A stretch of 64,000 bases of DNA from Candidatus Poribacteria bacterium (GTDB taxonomy: Bacteria; Poribacteria; WGA-4E; WGA-3G): NCBI GenBank assembly GCA_965198235.1, contig OZ240248.1, positions 2,464,001-2,528,000 on the forward strand, written 5' to 3'. Below, piece by piece: positions 31,152-40,712 of the stretch; the stretch's first letter is position 1; every line of letters starts with the position of its first letter. A program made the position numbers and the translations under genes. The notes beneath the pieces are model-generated. The model was not told where the DNA came from. It worked only from the letters and a program-made list of their open reading frames with translations, and ran no database searches.

Positions 31152-31880
31152 CTACTCACCGGCGACTTCGCCGACTTCGATGTCAATCTCGTCTCGGTTT
31201 CTGATACGTTCCACAAGTCCGTCTCGGATGTCCACAATCCGGTCAGAGACATCAAGCATCTTCAGGTCGTGCGTTGCTGAAATAACGGTGACCCCTTGTT
31301 CTCTATTCAAGCGTTTAATGAGGTCGATAATCTCGCGTCCAGTAATTGTGTCAAGGTTTGCTGTCGGTTCGTCGGCGAGGACGATGCTCGGATCGTTCGC
31401 AAGTGCTCTGGCAATAGCGACGCGTTGACGCTGTCCGCCCGAAAGTTCGTCGGGGAGGTGGTACATCCTATCCCCCAATCCTACCATATCCAGCAACTTT
31501 TCTGCTTTTTCATTTCGTTGTCTCTCAGGTATCCCGGCGAAAATCATGGGTAGTGTTACATTTCCATGCGCGCTCCGCACATGCAGCAAATTGTAACTTT
31601 GAAAAATATAGCCCACGCGGTGACACCGGAACGCCGCAATCTGTCTTTGCGAAAGTTGGGACATATCTTGCCCGTCGATGTAAACCTGACCCTCCGTAGG
31701 ACGATCGAGTGCACCGATCATGTTAAAGAGCGTGGATTTACCCGAACCCGAGGGACCCATCAATGAAATATATTCCCCGCGTTCAATCTCAATATTGATG
31801 CCATCCAATGCACGAAGAATGTTTGAACCCATGCGATATTCTTTGACAACATCTTCAGTTTTCACAACGATATCAGCCAT
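31152..31880 (-). CDS. ABC transporter ATP-binding protein (LolD/MacB-like)
   Basis: GPSGSGKS, LSGGQRQR, LADEPT; GGAGG RBS before ATG 31880. Confidence 0.92.
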   Translation of the reverse strand: MADIVVKTEDVVKEYRMGSNILRALDGINIEIERGEYISLMGPSGSGKSTLFNMIGALDRPTEGQVYIDGQDMSQLSQRQIAAFRCHRVGYIFQSYNLLHVRSAHGNVTLPMIFAGIPERQRNEKAEKLLDMVGLGDRMYHLPDELSGGQRQRVAIARALANDPSIVLADEPTANLDTITGREIIDLIKRLNREQGVTVISATHDLKMLDVSDRIVDIRDGLVERIRNRDEIDIEVGEVAGE

Positions 31881-31894
31881 AATTTCCTCCGTGC

Positions 31895-32572
31895 CTATAC
31901 CTCGGTACGCATTGCCTCGGCGGGCGGAAGTTTCGCCGCACGCCACGCCGGGAACGATGAACCGATTACTGCCAAGATCATGCCAAGAATACATCCAAGC
32001 AGGATGACGACTATAACACCGAGCCGCATTGTCCCGTCTTCAGGCTGGGCAGGTAACAGGGGGAAATAGAAGAATAGGTCTAACCCGTAGTCTTTAAGCC
32101 CTAAAAGGACCGCACCGAGTGTGCCCATAAGGGCACCGATGAGTGCACCTGAGAATCCTTGAAATCCTGATTCAAGTAGGAACAACCGAACCACGAATCC
32201 GTCCAACGCCCCGAGACATTTCATCGTTCCAATCTCACGGAAACGTTCTGTGACCGCCATCAGCATTGAATTCGCAATACCGACGACACAGACAATCAGC
32301 GACATTACAATCAACCAAATATCTTTTGTGGAAATGCCTTTTTCCGTTGTCTCTTCAAATGTGTTAATTGTCGATTGTCGTCCGCTCTCCTGTAACGCGA
32401 GACCGATTTCATTATTTGTCCACACCGACACGAGAAATGCAATACCGAGTGTAATGCCCGCTGTTGTGATGACTGAGCGCCCAAAGCGAATTTTCAAACT
32501 CTGAAAACTAATGCGTAGAGATTCTACAAAAGGGAGATCGATTTGTTCTTCAATTGGTGTTCTTTGCTGCAA
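31895..32572 (-). CDS. FtsX-like ABC permease
   Basis: GIANSMLMAVTERFREIGTMKCLGA...PAWRAAKLPPAEAMR. Confidence 0.88.
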   Translation of the reverse strand: MQQRTPIEEQIDLPFVESLRISFQSLKIRFGRSVITTAGITLGIAFLVSVWTNNEIGLALQESGRQSTINTFEETTEKGISTKDIWLIVMSLIVCVVGIANSMLMAVTERFREIGTMKCLGALDGFVVRLFLLESGFQGFSGALIGALMGTLGAVLLGLKDYGLDLFFYFPLLPAQPEDGTMRLGVIVVILLGCILGMILAVIGSSFPAWRAAKLPPAEAMRTEV

Positions 32573-32699
32573 ATGTCTATCTCCTTATCCTTGATTTGTA
32601 TTTGTTTATGTATATTGTATCAAATTTACAATTTTAGGTCAAGTTTTTCGTGTATGTGGTTCAGAACTTTTCAGTTTTCTATTGATTGTTCGGAGTAAA

Positions 32700-32829
32700 T
32701 CGCGACAAGGAGGTCCCTTCTACAAGGGTTGTCAGCCGTCAGCCATCAGCGGTCAGTAAACGTCGCGAGCATAGGTCCCTCCTACAGTGGAATAGCAATC
32801 AGGAGTCGGGATTCGGAGATCCCTCCTAC
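32700..32829 (-). repeat. Cluster of three GTAG REP-like palindromes
   Basis: Units ending CTAC at 32723, 32785 and 32829; the last is the reverse complement of 23030-23055. Confidence 0.75.
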
Positions 32830-32865
32830 AGGGATGGATACCTCTGGTCCCTGGATTATACAGGA

Positions 32866-32894
32866 TTGACTTTTCGATTTCTCGTTGCTATACT
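32866..32894 (+). promoter_or_regulatory. Sigma-70 promoter
   Basis: TTGACT-17bp-TATACT. Confidence 0.55.
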
Positions 32895-32914
32895 GGGTGT
32901 GAGGCAGGTACAAA

Positions 32915-33529
32915 TTGATGCTCCAAAAATTTTTTTCTTTCCCACTATTATTGTTATCTGTCGGCATATTGTACTGGAGTACGCCGACTTTTTCACATGA
33001 TGCTTTCTATCCGCACCATCGCGAGGATTTTGAAAGCATAACCCGCCGTCGCGAGTTGCGAAGCACTGTTATCCTGAGTACCGCTGTTTTTCTTTGTGTC
33101 CTTGGGACGATAGTTTACGTCGCTTTACGAAAGAGCAAAGATGCTGATGACACAGACGAAAGCGATGCAAAAACGGCTCAGGAACGCTTGGCGGACGTTG
33201 CACACAGAGCGGCAAGTGCGGCGGAATATGTCCTCAACACGGAGGGGAATATTGCGAAAGCCGCCGAAACAGCCCTAACAACATACGCTGAGGCATCCGG
33301 TGTGACATGGCAACCGCGTTCTTATGGACGGAGTTATGCTGAATCAGTTCCGTACCAAATTCGGTGCAAAATTGGATCTGATATTGTCACGCTCAGCATC
33401 AATGCTGAAGTTATCCAATTAAGAGCAGAGCACAACTTTTCTAAATCAGGTTTCGGTTCGCAAGGAACGCCGGAAAGTGCAAGTGTTGTGCTAAGAATCG
33501 CAGGTGAGGAAAAGGAAGAAGGCGTTTAG
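32915..33529 (+). CDS. Hypothetical membrane protein
   Basis: Signal peptide plus one TM segment. Confidence 0.6.
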   Translation: MMLQKFFSFPLLLLSVGILYWSTPTFSHDAFYPHHREDFESITRRRELRSTVILSTAVFLCVLGTIVYVALRKSKDADDTDESDAKTAQERLADVAHRAASAAEYVLNTEGNIAKAAETALTTYAEASGVTWQPRSYGRSYAESVPYQIRCKIGSDIVTLSINAEVIQLRAEHNFSKSGFGSQGTPESASVVLRIAGEEKEEGV

Positions 33530-33549
33530 TGTGGGTAATAACCGGTAAA

Positions 33550-34302
33550 TTACGTACAGAGTCGGTTGATAAGCGACGCGCTGTAGCCTGCTCCGAAACC
33601 GTTATCGATATTCACAACTGTGACACCGGACGCGCAACTGTTTAGCATCCCTAATAGAGCGGCGAGCCCTCCGAAACTGGCACCGTAGCCGATACTCGTC
33701 GGCACCGCAATGACGGGGCAGTCCACCAATCCACCGACAACACTTGGGAGTGCGCCTTCCATGCCCGCGACGACGATGATAACCCGTGCGTTTAGGAGTT
33801 TCTCATGATTGCTCATGAGTCGGTGTAACCCTGCCACACCGACATCGTAAAGACGTTCCGGTTGGTTTCCCATTATCAGTGCGGTTTCGGCAGCTTCCTC
33901 GGCTACTGGTAAATCGGAGGTGCCTGCAGAAACGACGAGGATACCTGGAACGCCTCCCTCTTCCTCGGATCGCGAGACGGTGATCGTTCGTCCAAGTTCA
34001 TTATAGCGTGCTGCGGGTTGAACCTCTTTCACCGCTTTGTACATGTCAGGGGTGGCACGCGTTGCGAGGAGCGGATGCCCGGCAGCGAGGATACGTTCAC
34101 TAATCTGCTTGACCTGTTCTACCGTCTTTCCTTGACAGAAGATGACTTCGGGAAATCCGGTGCGAAGTTGACGATGGTGATCGATTTTTGAAAATCCCAA
34201 ATCTTCAAAAGGAAGTGTGCGGAGAGATTGCAGAGCATCATCCACTGCAATCTCTCCACCTTTAATCTGTTCAAGCAGGATTCTCAGCTTTTCAATTTCC
34301 AT
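33550..34302 (-). CDS. larB: Nickel pincer cofactor biosynthesis protein LarB
   Basis: [48 protein letters not shown]. Confidence 0.92.
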   Translation of the reverse strand: MEIEKLRILLEQIKGGEIAVDDALQSLRTLPFEDLGFSKIDHHRQLRTGFPEVIFCQGKTVEQVKQISERILAAGHPLLATRATPDMYKAVKEVQPAARYNELGRTITVSRSEEEGGVPGILVVSAGTSDLPVAEEAAETALIMGNQPERLYDVGVAGLHRLMSNHEKLLNARVIIVVAGMEGALPSVVGGLVDCPVIAVPTSIGYGASFGGLAALLGMLNSCASGVTVVNIDNGFGAGYSASLINRLCT

Positions 34303-34402
34303 TCATTTAATAGCGTGGCACGTCTACTGATCACTGTACTTGTAGGTACGTACCTCAGTGTCCGAGACCTTTTATTTTCCTCCGCATACCGCGGAAGAAC
34401 GC

Positions 34403-34813
34403 TTAGGCTTCCTCGGTAGCCTTTTCATCGGTTTCTTCGGCGTTGTCCATACCCGGGATAGACCCAGCAATTTGGGTTCGGACATCCGCGGAAACTTTAC
34501 GTCCTGTTTCCACAGCACTTTTTACCTGCTCGCCAGCTTGTTGGAGGTGTTCTTTTCCAGTGTCTACAATGCTGTGGACGCTTTCTTTGCTCTGTTCCAT
34601 GATGGTCTGAACGCCTTGCCGCGCGCTGTCAGATGCTTGGTTCGCGATCTCAACCGTTCGGTTTTTGGCTTCAATCGAAGTGTCACGAATCTTCTGTCGG
34701 GTTTCCTTGCCGGAACTCGGGGCATAGAGCAGGCTGATAACCGCACCTGCCATGAAGCCGGTAAAAAAGGCGAAGACCACTGCGAGCCCGTTGTTCTGTT
34801 CATTATTACTCAT
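34403..34813 (-). CDS. YtxH-domain protein
   Basis: GFMAGAVISLLYAPSSGKETRQKI. Confidence 0.85.
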   Translation of the reverse strand: MSNNEQNNGLAVVFAFFTGFMAGAVISLLYAPSSGKETRQKIRDTSIEAKNRTVEIANQASDSARQGVQTIMEQSKESVHSIVDTGKEHLQQAGEQVKSAVETGRKVSADVRTQIAGSIPGMDNAEETDEKATEEA

Positions 34814-35055
34814 TTTTTTATCCTTTCTGTTACATTGAGATTGTTTTGGTGCAGCTTGCATATCTCCAAATTTGGAGTTGTTTTAGCGTAGCTTGCTGGA
34901 TCCAAAACACGTTGTTAAAGTTTACGAAAATCAGGGTGGAAAGTTTCAATTCTCGTGTTTATTTCTTGCTGGATTCTTTTTTATTGTGTCCTGTTACGAT
35001 TTGAATATTATACTGCTTTTTTAACGTAGGAAACTGACAAGTTCGCCGTATTTGA

Positions 35056-35613
35056 TTATTCGTTCGCCGCAGCGGATATTGGAACATCCTCTTCTGATTC
35101 GGACGGTTGTGTAGAGGCGAAACTATCCCATCCGGCTTTGATGCCTTGCCACAAACTTACGATATCAGCAAGTGAAACTGCTATCTGATTGCGGAAAAAT
35201 GCCGCTTGTTCAATCGTCTGACCAGAAAAACTGCTCACTTTTTGAACCACTTCATCAAGTTCTTGAATGCTTTGGTTCAGAACAATAGTCATTTCTTGGA
35301 TATTGTGCACGGTGGGTTGAATTTCGGACTCGCTAATCCCGTGTAAGGAAGCGGTCAACCCATTTAGATTTTGCAGCAGCTCCGGTAGTTCCTTGTTCAC
35401 CTCTTTCACCGTCCGATCCACGTCGGTAATCAATTCTCCGATCTCTTGATTAACGATGCTTTCGGTGGAGTTCAACGTATTTCGGATGCTGTTCAACGAG
35501 TTTCGGAGGCTACCGGCAGCGGCGCACAAATATCCCGCAAGAGCGGTAAGGGCAATTAGAAGGATCCCTAAACTGAATTTCCAAAAGAGTGAAGCAATTA
35601 AACTCCAATCCAT
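35056..35613 (-). CDS. DUF948/YtxG-like membrane coiled-coil protein
   Basis: N-terminal TM plus heptad region; adjacent to ytxH. Confidence 0.65.
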   Translation of the reverse strand: MDWSLIASLFWKFSLGILLIALTALAGYLCAAAGSLRNSLNSIRNTLNSTESIVNQEIGELITDVDRTVKEVNKELPELLQNLNGLTASLHGISESEIQPTVHNIQEMTIVLNQSIQELDEVVQKVSSFSGQTIEQAAFFRNQIAVSLADIVSLWQGIKAGWDSFASTQPSESEEDVPISAAANE

Positions 35614-35701
35614 GACCTCTCCTTTGTGCGTTATAAGATACCGCTTCCGGTAAACGGTTTTTCACGCACACATCTGTCTCGCAGAAGGGGGTGTCTGCAA
35701 G

Positions 35702-38359
35702 CTAAGCTTTAAGTTGTTGTCCGACGATTTCGCTGGTTTTCGCAATTGCGGCGTTCACTTTGCTCGGATTCTTGCCGCCACCTTGTGCGAGTTCTGGGCG
35801 TCCCCCACCGCGACCGTCAGCCAGTTGGGTGAGTTCGGAGACGATTTTACCCGCATGCAAATCGCGGTTCTTCACCAAGTCTGATGTTACACCAACTACG
35901 AAGGCGACTTCGTTTCCTGACACGGCAGCAAGTGCAACGACACCAGATTCTAAACGGGTTTTGAGTTCATCAACAAGCCTCCGCAACCCGTTCCTATCCG
36001 CGTCTGTTACGAGTGATGCGACAACCCGCACGTTTTCGACAAGTGTCGCCCCTTCGACCAAGGTGCTGACGTTGGCGAGAGCGTGCTGGCTTTTGAGTTG
36101 TTGAAGTTGCTGTTCAAGGTCCCGTTGTTCCTGAAGCAGTCGTTCGATCCGTTCGGGCAGAGCGGTTTTGGGCGTTTTCAGCAGATTCGCCACATTGGTG
36201 AGAAGCGCGGTGTCTTCTTGAACCGTGGCTACCGCGGCAGTACCTGTCAGTGCTTCAACGCGTCGGACACCTGCAGCGATACTGCTTTCGCTCATCAGTT
36301 TCACAAAACCGAGTTCACCCGTTGCGTCAACGTGGGTGCCGCCGCAGAGTTCAACGCTATAGGTGCCAGCTTGCACAACGCGCACAATGTCGCCGTACTT
36401 ATCGCCGAAGAAGGCTAAAGCCCCTTTTGATTTCGCCTCATCTAACGGCATTTCATTGATAGACAACGCGTCATTTCCTCGAATTTTTTCGTTGATAAAT
36501 TCTTCAATGTCTCGCAATTGTTCTGGTGAAGCAGATTCGTAGTGTGAAAAGTCGAACCGCAATCTACCAGCTTCAACGAGCGAACCAGCTTGCGCGACGT
36601 GTGTTCCGAGTACTTCCCGCAACCCACTGTGTAAAAGATGTGTTGCTGTATGACTCACGGCGACAGCGTTTCGGCGTCCGCTATCTATTTGTGCTTGCAC
36701 CGAGGTATACGGCGTGATTTCACCCTCAAGTACCTTACACTTATGAACGACTAAGTCTGCTGAGGGTTTGAGTGTATCTTCTACAGCCAACCTCGCATTT
36801 CCACTCTCAATTGTGCCGACATCGCCGACTTGTCCACCCGATTCACCGTAAAAAGGAGTTCGGTTCAGCAGGACAAACACCTCATCTCCCTGTTGCGCGC
36901 TGGCTACGGATTCCGCGTCGGCGATTAAAGCGACGATTTCTGCATCGACGTTGTTTTGCGTGTAACCGACGAATTCCGTTTCGCCATGCTCTTTAAGGAC
37001 CTCTGCGTAAACAGAGATCTCTTCGTCTTTGGTGCCACCTCTGGCTTCCCATGCTGCCCGCCCACGCGAGCGTTGCTCCTCCATACTGTGTTCAAAGCCG
37101 ACATCGTCAACCCTGAACCCGCGCTCACGTGCGAGCATCTGGGTCAAATCCAGGGGAAAGCCGAAGGTATCGTACAACTCAAACGCACGCTTTCCATCAA
37201 TTTGTGTGCCGTTCTGATCCTTGAGCGTGTCAAATGAGCGATCGAGGAGTTCCAAACCGCGTTCGATTGTTTGATGAAACCGGTGCTCTTCACCCTGAAT
37301 CGTGCGAGTGATAAACTCATGGCGCGGCAGAACATCAGGAAATACATCGCCGAGCAATTCGATGACGTTATCAACAAGCCGGTAGATGAACGCTTCGTTC
37401 ATCTCTAATTTCTTGCCGTAAAGCACAGCCCGTCGCAAGATTCTGCGGATGACATAGCCTCGACCCTCGTTAGAGGGCATTACACCGTCGCCGATGGCAA
37501 AGGTCAAACACCGAATATGATCAGCAATAACTCGGTGTGGTAACCCGCGTTCATCATCGAAATACGCGGTGTCTGTCATATCAGCAATTGTTGTCAACAG
37601 CGGCGTAAACAGATCCGTCTTGTAGTTTGAGTCAACTCCTTGCAATATGGAGGTAATCCGCTCAAATCCCATGCCTGTATCTACGTGTGTTGCTGGCAAG
37701 GGTTCAAGCGTGCCGTTTTCGTTTCGGTTGTACTGAATGAACACCAGATTCCAGAATTCCCTGAAGCGATCGCTCGTATTAGGACCTGCGTCTGGGTCAT
37801 TTGCGGTTTCAGGATAGGCTTCTACGCCCATGTCAACAAAGAGTTCGCTACAAGGACCGCAGGGACCTGTCTCACCCATTTCCCAAAAGTTGTCCTTATC
37901 GCAACGACGGATACGCGAGAGCGGGAGGTCTGTCTCTTGGAGCCAGAGTTTTTCTGCTTCGTCGTCTTCGAGATAGATTGTCGCCCAGATACGTTCCTTT
38001 GGAATCTTCCAGAGTTCGGTTACCAGTTCCCATGCAAAGGCAATAGCTTCCTGCTTGTAATAATCACCGAATGACCAGTTTCCGAGCATCTCAAAGAAGG
38101 TATGGTGGCTTGGTGAGTAACCAACCTCTTCGAGATCGTTGTGTTTGCCACTGACTCGCAGACATTTTTGTGTGTCAACGGCGCGCGTGTACTCCCGCTG
38201 TCCGATACCGAGAAACACATCCTTGAATTGGTTCATACCTGCGTTGGTGAACAACAGCGTCGGGTCACCTGCTGGTATCAAGGACGCACTCGGCACGATA
38301 GCATGCCCGTGTTTGCGGAAGTATTCTAAGAAACTGGCTCTAATTTCATCTGATGTCAT
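35702..38359 (-). CDS. alaS: Alanine--tRNA ligase
   Basis: FTNAGMNQFK, HTFFEMLGN, HTATHLL, ELCGGTH, GGGRPELAQGGG. Confidence 0.98.
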   Translation of the reverse strand: MTSDEIRASFLEYFRKHGHAIVPSASLIPAGDPTLLFTNAGMNQFKDVFLGIGQREYTRAVDTQKCLRVSGKHNDLEEVGYSPSHHTFFEMLGNWSFGDYYKQEAIAFAWELVTELWKIPKERIWATIYLEDDEAEKLWLQETDLPLSRIRRCDKDNFWEMGETGPCGPCSELFVDMGVEAYPETANDPDAGPNTSDRFREFWNLVFIQYNRNENGTLEPLPATHVDTGMGFERITSILQGVDSNYKTDLFTPLLTTIADMTDTAYFDDERGLPHRVIADHIRCLTFAIGDGVMPSNEGRGYVIRRILRRAVLYGKKLEMNEAFIYRLVDNVIELLGDVFPDVLPRHEFITRTIQGEEHRFHQTIERGLELLDRSFDTLKDQNGTQIDGKRAFELYDTFGFPLDLTQMLARERGFRVDDVGFEHSMEEQRSRGRAAWEARGGTKDEEISVYAEVLKEHGETEFVGYTQNNVDAEIVALIADAESVASAQQGDEVFVLLNRTPFYGESGGQVGDVGTIESGNARLAVEDTLKPSADLVVHKCKVLEGEITPYTSVQAQIDSGRRNAVAVSHTATHLLHSGLREVLGTHVAQAGSLVEAGRLRFDFSHYESASPEQLRDIEEFINEKIRGNDALSINEMPLDEAKSKGALAFFGDKYGDIVRVVQAGTYSVELCGGTHVDATGELGFVKLMSESSIAAGVRRVEALTGTAAVATVQEDTALLTNVANLLKTPKTALPERIERLLQEQRDLEQQLQQLKSQHALANVSTLVEGATLVENVRVVASLVTDADRNGLRRLVDELKTRLESGVVALAAVSGNEVAFVVGVTSDLVKNRDLHAGKIVSELTQLADGRGGGRPELAQGGGKNPSKVNAAIAKTSEIVGQQLKA

Positions 38360-38522
38360 GTTAGGCTCTCTCCTACGTTATCCTATTCCAATTATAGTCT
38401 ATTCATACAGAGAAGTCAAGAGAAAACAGAAAACACATAACCGTACGTGTTTAGAGAAAAGTATCAACTGCCTCAACAACCCATGATTGCCCCAATGGGT
38501 CGATCATGGCAAGAGATTATAT

Positions 38523-39203
38523 TTAAAAAATCTGCTCGAGTACGTGTCGGACAGTTTCTGATCTGAACCCACGTCGTGCCAAAAACCCGTGTAATCGACG
38601 TTTGGCGACATGAATCGGCAACCCTTTATACTGCTTCGCCCGTTTTTGGGCAATCTGGAGGGCGACTTTCGTTTCGTCTTCAGTTTCTACTTTCGCTACA
38701 ACTTGTTCCGCTGTTTCTCGGTCGATGCCTTTGTTGATGAGTTCGTTCTTGAGCAGCGTTTTTCCACGCGGATTAGATTTTTGTCTACGAACTATCCAAT
38801 TCTCTGCAAACTTCCGGTCGCGAATATGCCCCGAATGAATCAACTCCTCAATAGATGTTTCAATGGCTTTGGTTGAGAAGCCTCCTCGCTCAAGTCGCTG
38901 TTCCAGCTCATTTTTAGTATAAATTTTGGGCTTTCCTGCGGGTCGAGGAGCCTCTGACCCTTCTGCTGTGATGTTATCTTTCTCTTCACGGAGTAATCTG
39001 AGCGCGTAGTTCTTCGCACGCATCACTTCATCAGCCGCAATTAACTTTTCGATGGTCTCGGCTTCAATTTCTAAACCGATACGCAATCCAAATTTTTCAA
39101 CCAAAGATGTATGAATCACAACAAATGGAGTGCCATTCAGAAAGAGTTGTTGATGTGAAGGCAATTCAGGTACTGCTTGAATACTGGTAATTTTCTGCTT
39201 CAT
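38523..39203 (-). CDS. recX: Regulatory protein RecX
   Basis: DRKFAENW, ELINKGI, FLARRGF; upstream of alaS. Confidence 0.85.
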   Translation of the reverse strand: MKQKITSIQAVPELPSHQQLFLNGTPFVVIHTSLVEKFGLRIGLEIEAETIEKLIAADEVMRAKNYALRLLREEKDNITAEGSEAPRPAGKPKIYTKNELEQRLERGGFSTKAIETSIEELIHSGHIRDRKFAENWIVRRQKSNPRGKTLLKNELINKGIDRETAEQVVAKVETEDETKVALQIAQKRAKQYKGLPIHVAKRRLHGFLARRGFRSETVRHVLEQIF

Positions 39204-39342
39204 GTTTGTTAGACACCTGCCCTGCACAGTATGTAGCGTAACAGTGAGCGCGAGGTTTAAGGAAAGTTGTTTGGCAACCCCTATTACAGAGACCTCGCGC
39301 TTTAATAGAATGTGTATTCGCTATGACAAAAGGCTATAGCGT

Positions 39343-39975
39343 TTATTCGCCACCGTTGCTACCTGCCCAGAGAGCACCACGTTGCAGGAGCGTTCCAAAC
39401 ATATCGTGCTGACACGCTGCAGCGTCATGACCGAGCGCGAGATAAAACACTTTGCCTTCGCCCCAATCCTTCGTCCATGCGACCGGCGCGGCGTTACCTT
39501 TCCATAACGCTGACGCAAGTATGTGATTCCGACGATCGTAATCGAGGATATACTGTTCATCCGTCACCACAAACTCGTCAAGTCCTTCTGTGATCTCATG
39601 TTCACTGTCGACAATGCTGACTTGATAGTCACGGTAGCGCGGATGTGTAACAAAATAACCGCCTACCATTGAGCGGTACTCTGGACACCCGCGGAACGAA
39701 TCTGCTGCCGAGTGTACACCGACATATCCTTTGCCTGAAGCGACGTGGTTGAGCAAACCGTTCTTCTGCGCGTCCGAAATCTCGCCAACTGTGTAATAGA
39801 AAACGATGAGATCGTACGGATCTAAATTCGGTGAAACGAGAGCATCCAAGTCTTCCTCGACTCTGGTAATCTCAAATGCATCTCCCTGTGAGAGCACCTT
39901 CACAATTTCATCACTACAGCCTTTCCAGTCATGGATTGCTCCGCCTGCAAAGACAAGTGTGTTAATTTTTGCCAT
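39343..39975 (-). CDS. ThuA-like domain protein
   Basis: GYVGVHSA, HEITEGL..F.V.DEQY, WGEGKVFYLALGH. Confidence 0.85.
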   Translation of the reverse strand: MAKINTLVFAGGAIHDWKGCSDEIVKVLSQGDAFEITRVEEDLDALVSPNLDPYDLIVFYYTVGEISDAQKNGLLNHVASGKGYVGVHSAADSFRGCPEYRSMVGGYFVTHPRYRDYQVSIVDSEHEITEGLDEFVVTDEQYILDYDRRNHILASALWKGNAAPVAWTKDWGEGKVFYLALGHDAAACQHDMFGTLLQRGALWAGSNGGE

Positions 39976-40188
39976 GAGTTAGCCTCCTTGCTATGTAATA
40001 CTGCTATTATATCACGCGTGCAAAAATGCAATCAACTTTTTTTGGTATTTCGATTTTTGTTTATAGTGGCTGAAGGCTGCATGCTCCTAATTTGCCTGAA
40101 GACCAGTCTTGTGATATAATCATAAAGTGTGAGGAGAAGCCGCTATTTCGTTGGTCGTTGTCAGCAATTTTTACCAGAAGGTATCCAC

Positions 40189-40701
40189 ATGTCAAAAAAA
40201 ATCGCCATCTTCCCCGCGAGTTTTGATCCAGTTACCAATGGGCACGTCGACCTCATTGATCGCATTTGCACGCTTGGTGTCTTTGATGAACTCGTTGTTG
40301 CCATCGGTGTTAATCCCGCTAAACCGGCGCGTTTTACACTTGAGGAACGCACCGAGATGCTTAAGACTGTCATCGAACCGTATCCACAAGCCACGATTGA
40401 TGGCTATACTGGGTTGACGGTACATTACGCACAGACGCGCGGCGCGTGTGCTATCATCCGTGGGCTTCGCGAAATCTCTGATTTTGAGTGGGAATTCAAA
40501 ATGGCGCGGATGAATCAACAGATCGCTCCGGACATTGATACCCTCTTTATGATGGCAAATACACAGTATGCGCATATTAGTTCAACGCTCGTGATGGAGG
40601 TTGTGCAGATGGCACAGCGGAAAGTGAGCGAGGAGAAGTTACGGGAGATGGTGCCGGCAGTTGTGGTCGAATTTATTAAGCGGAAATTTGATGTGTTGTA
40701 A
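40189..40701 (+). CDS. coaD: Phosphopantetheine adenylyltransferase
   Basis: FPASFDPVTNGH, IIRGLR..SDFEWE, ISST. Confidence 0.93.
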   Translation: MSKKIAIFPASFDPVTNGHVDLIDRICTLGVFDELVVAIGVNPAKPARFTLEERTEMLKTVIEPYPQATIDGYTGLTVHYAQTRGACAIIRGLREISDFEWEFKMARMNQQIAPDIDTLFMMANTQYAHISSTLVMEVVQMAQRKVSEEKLREMVPAVVVEFIKRKFDVL

Positions 40702-40712
40702 ATGGTTGTCAG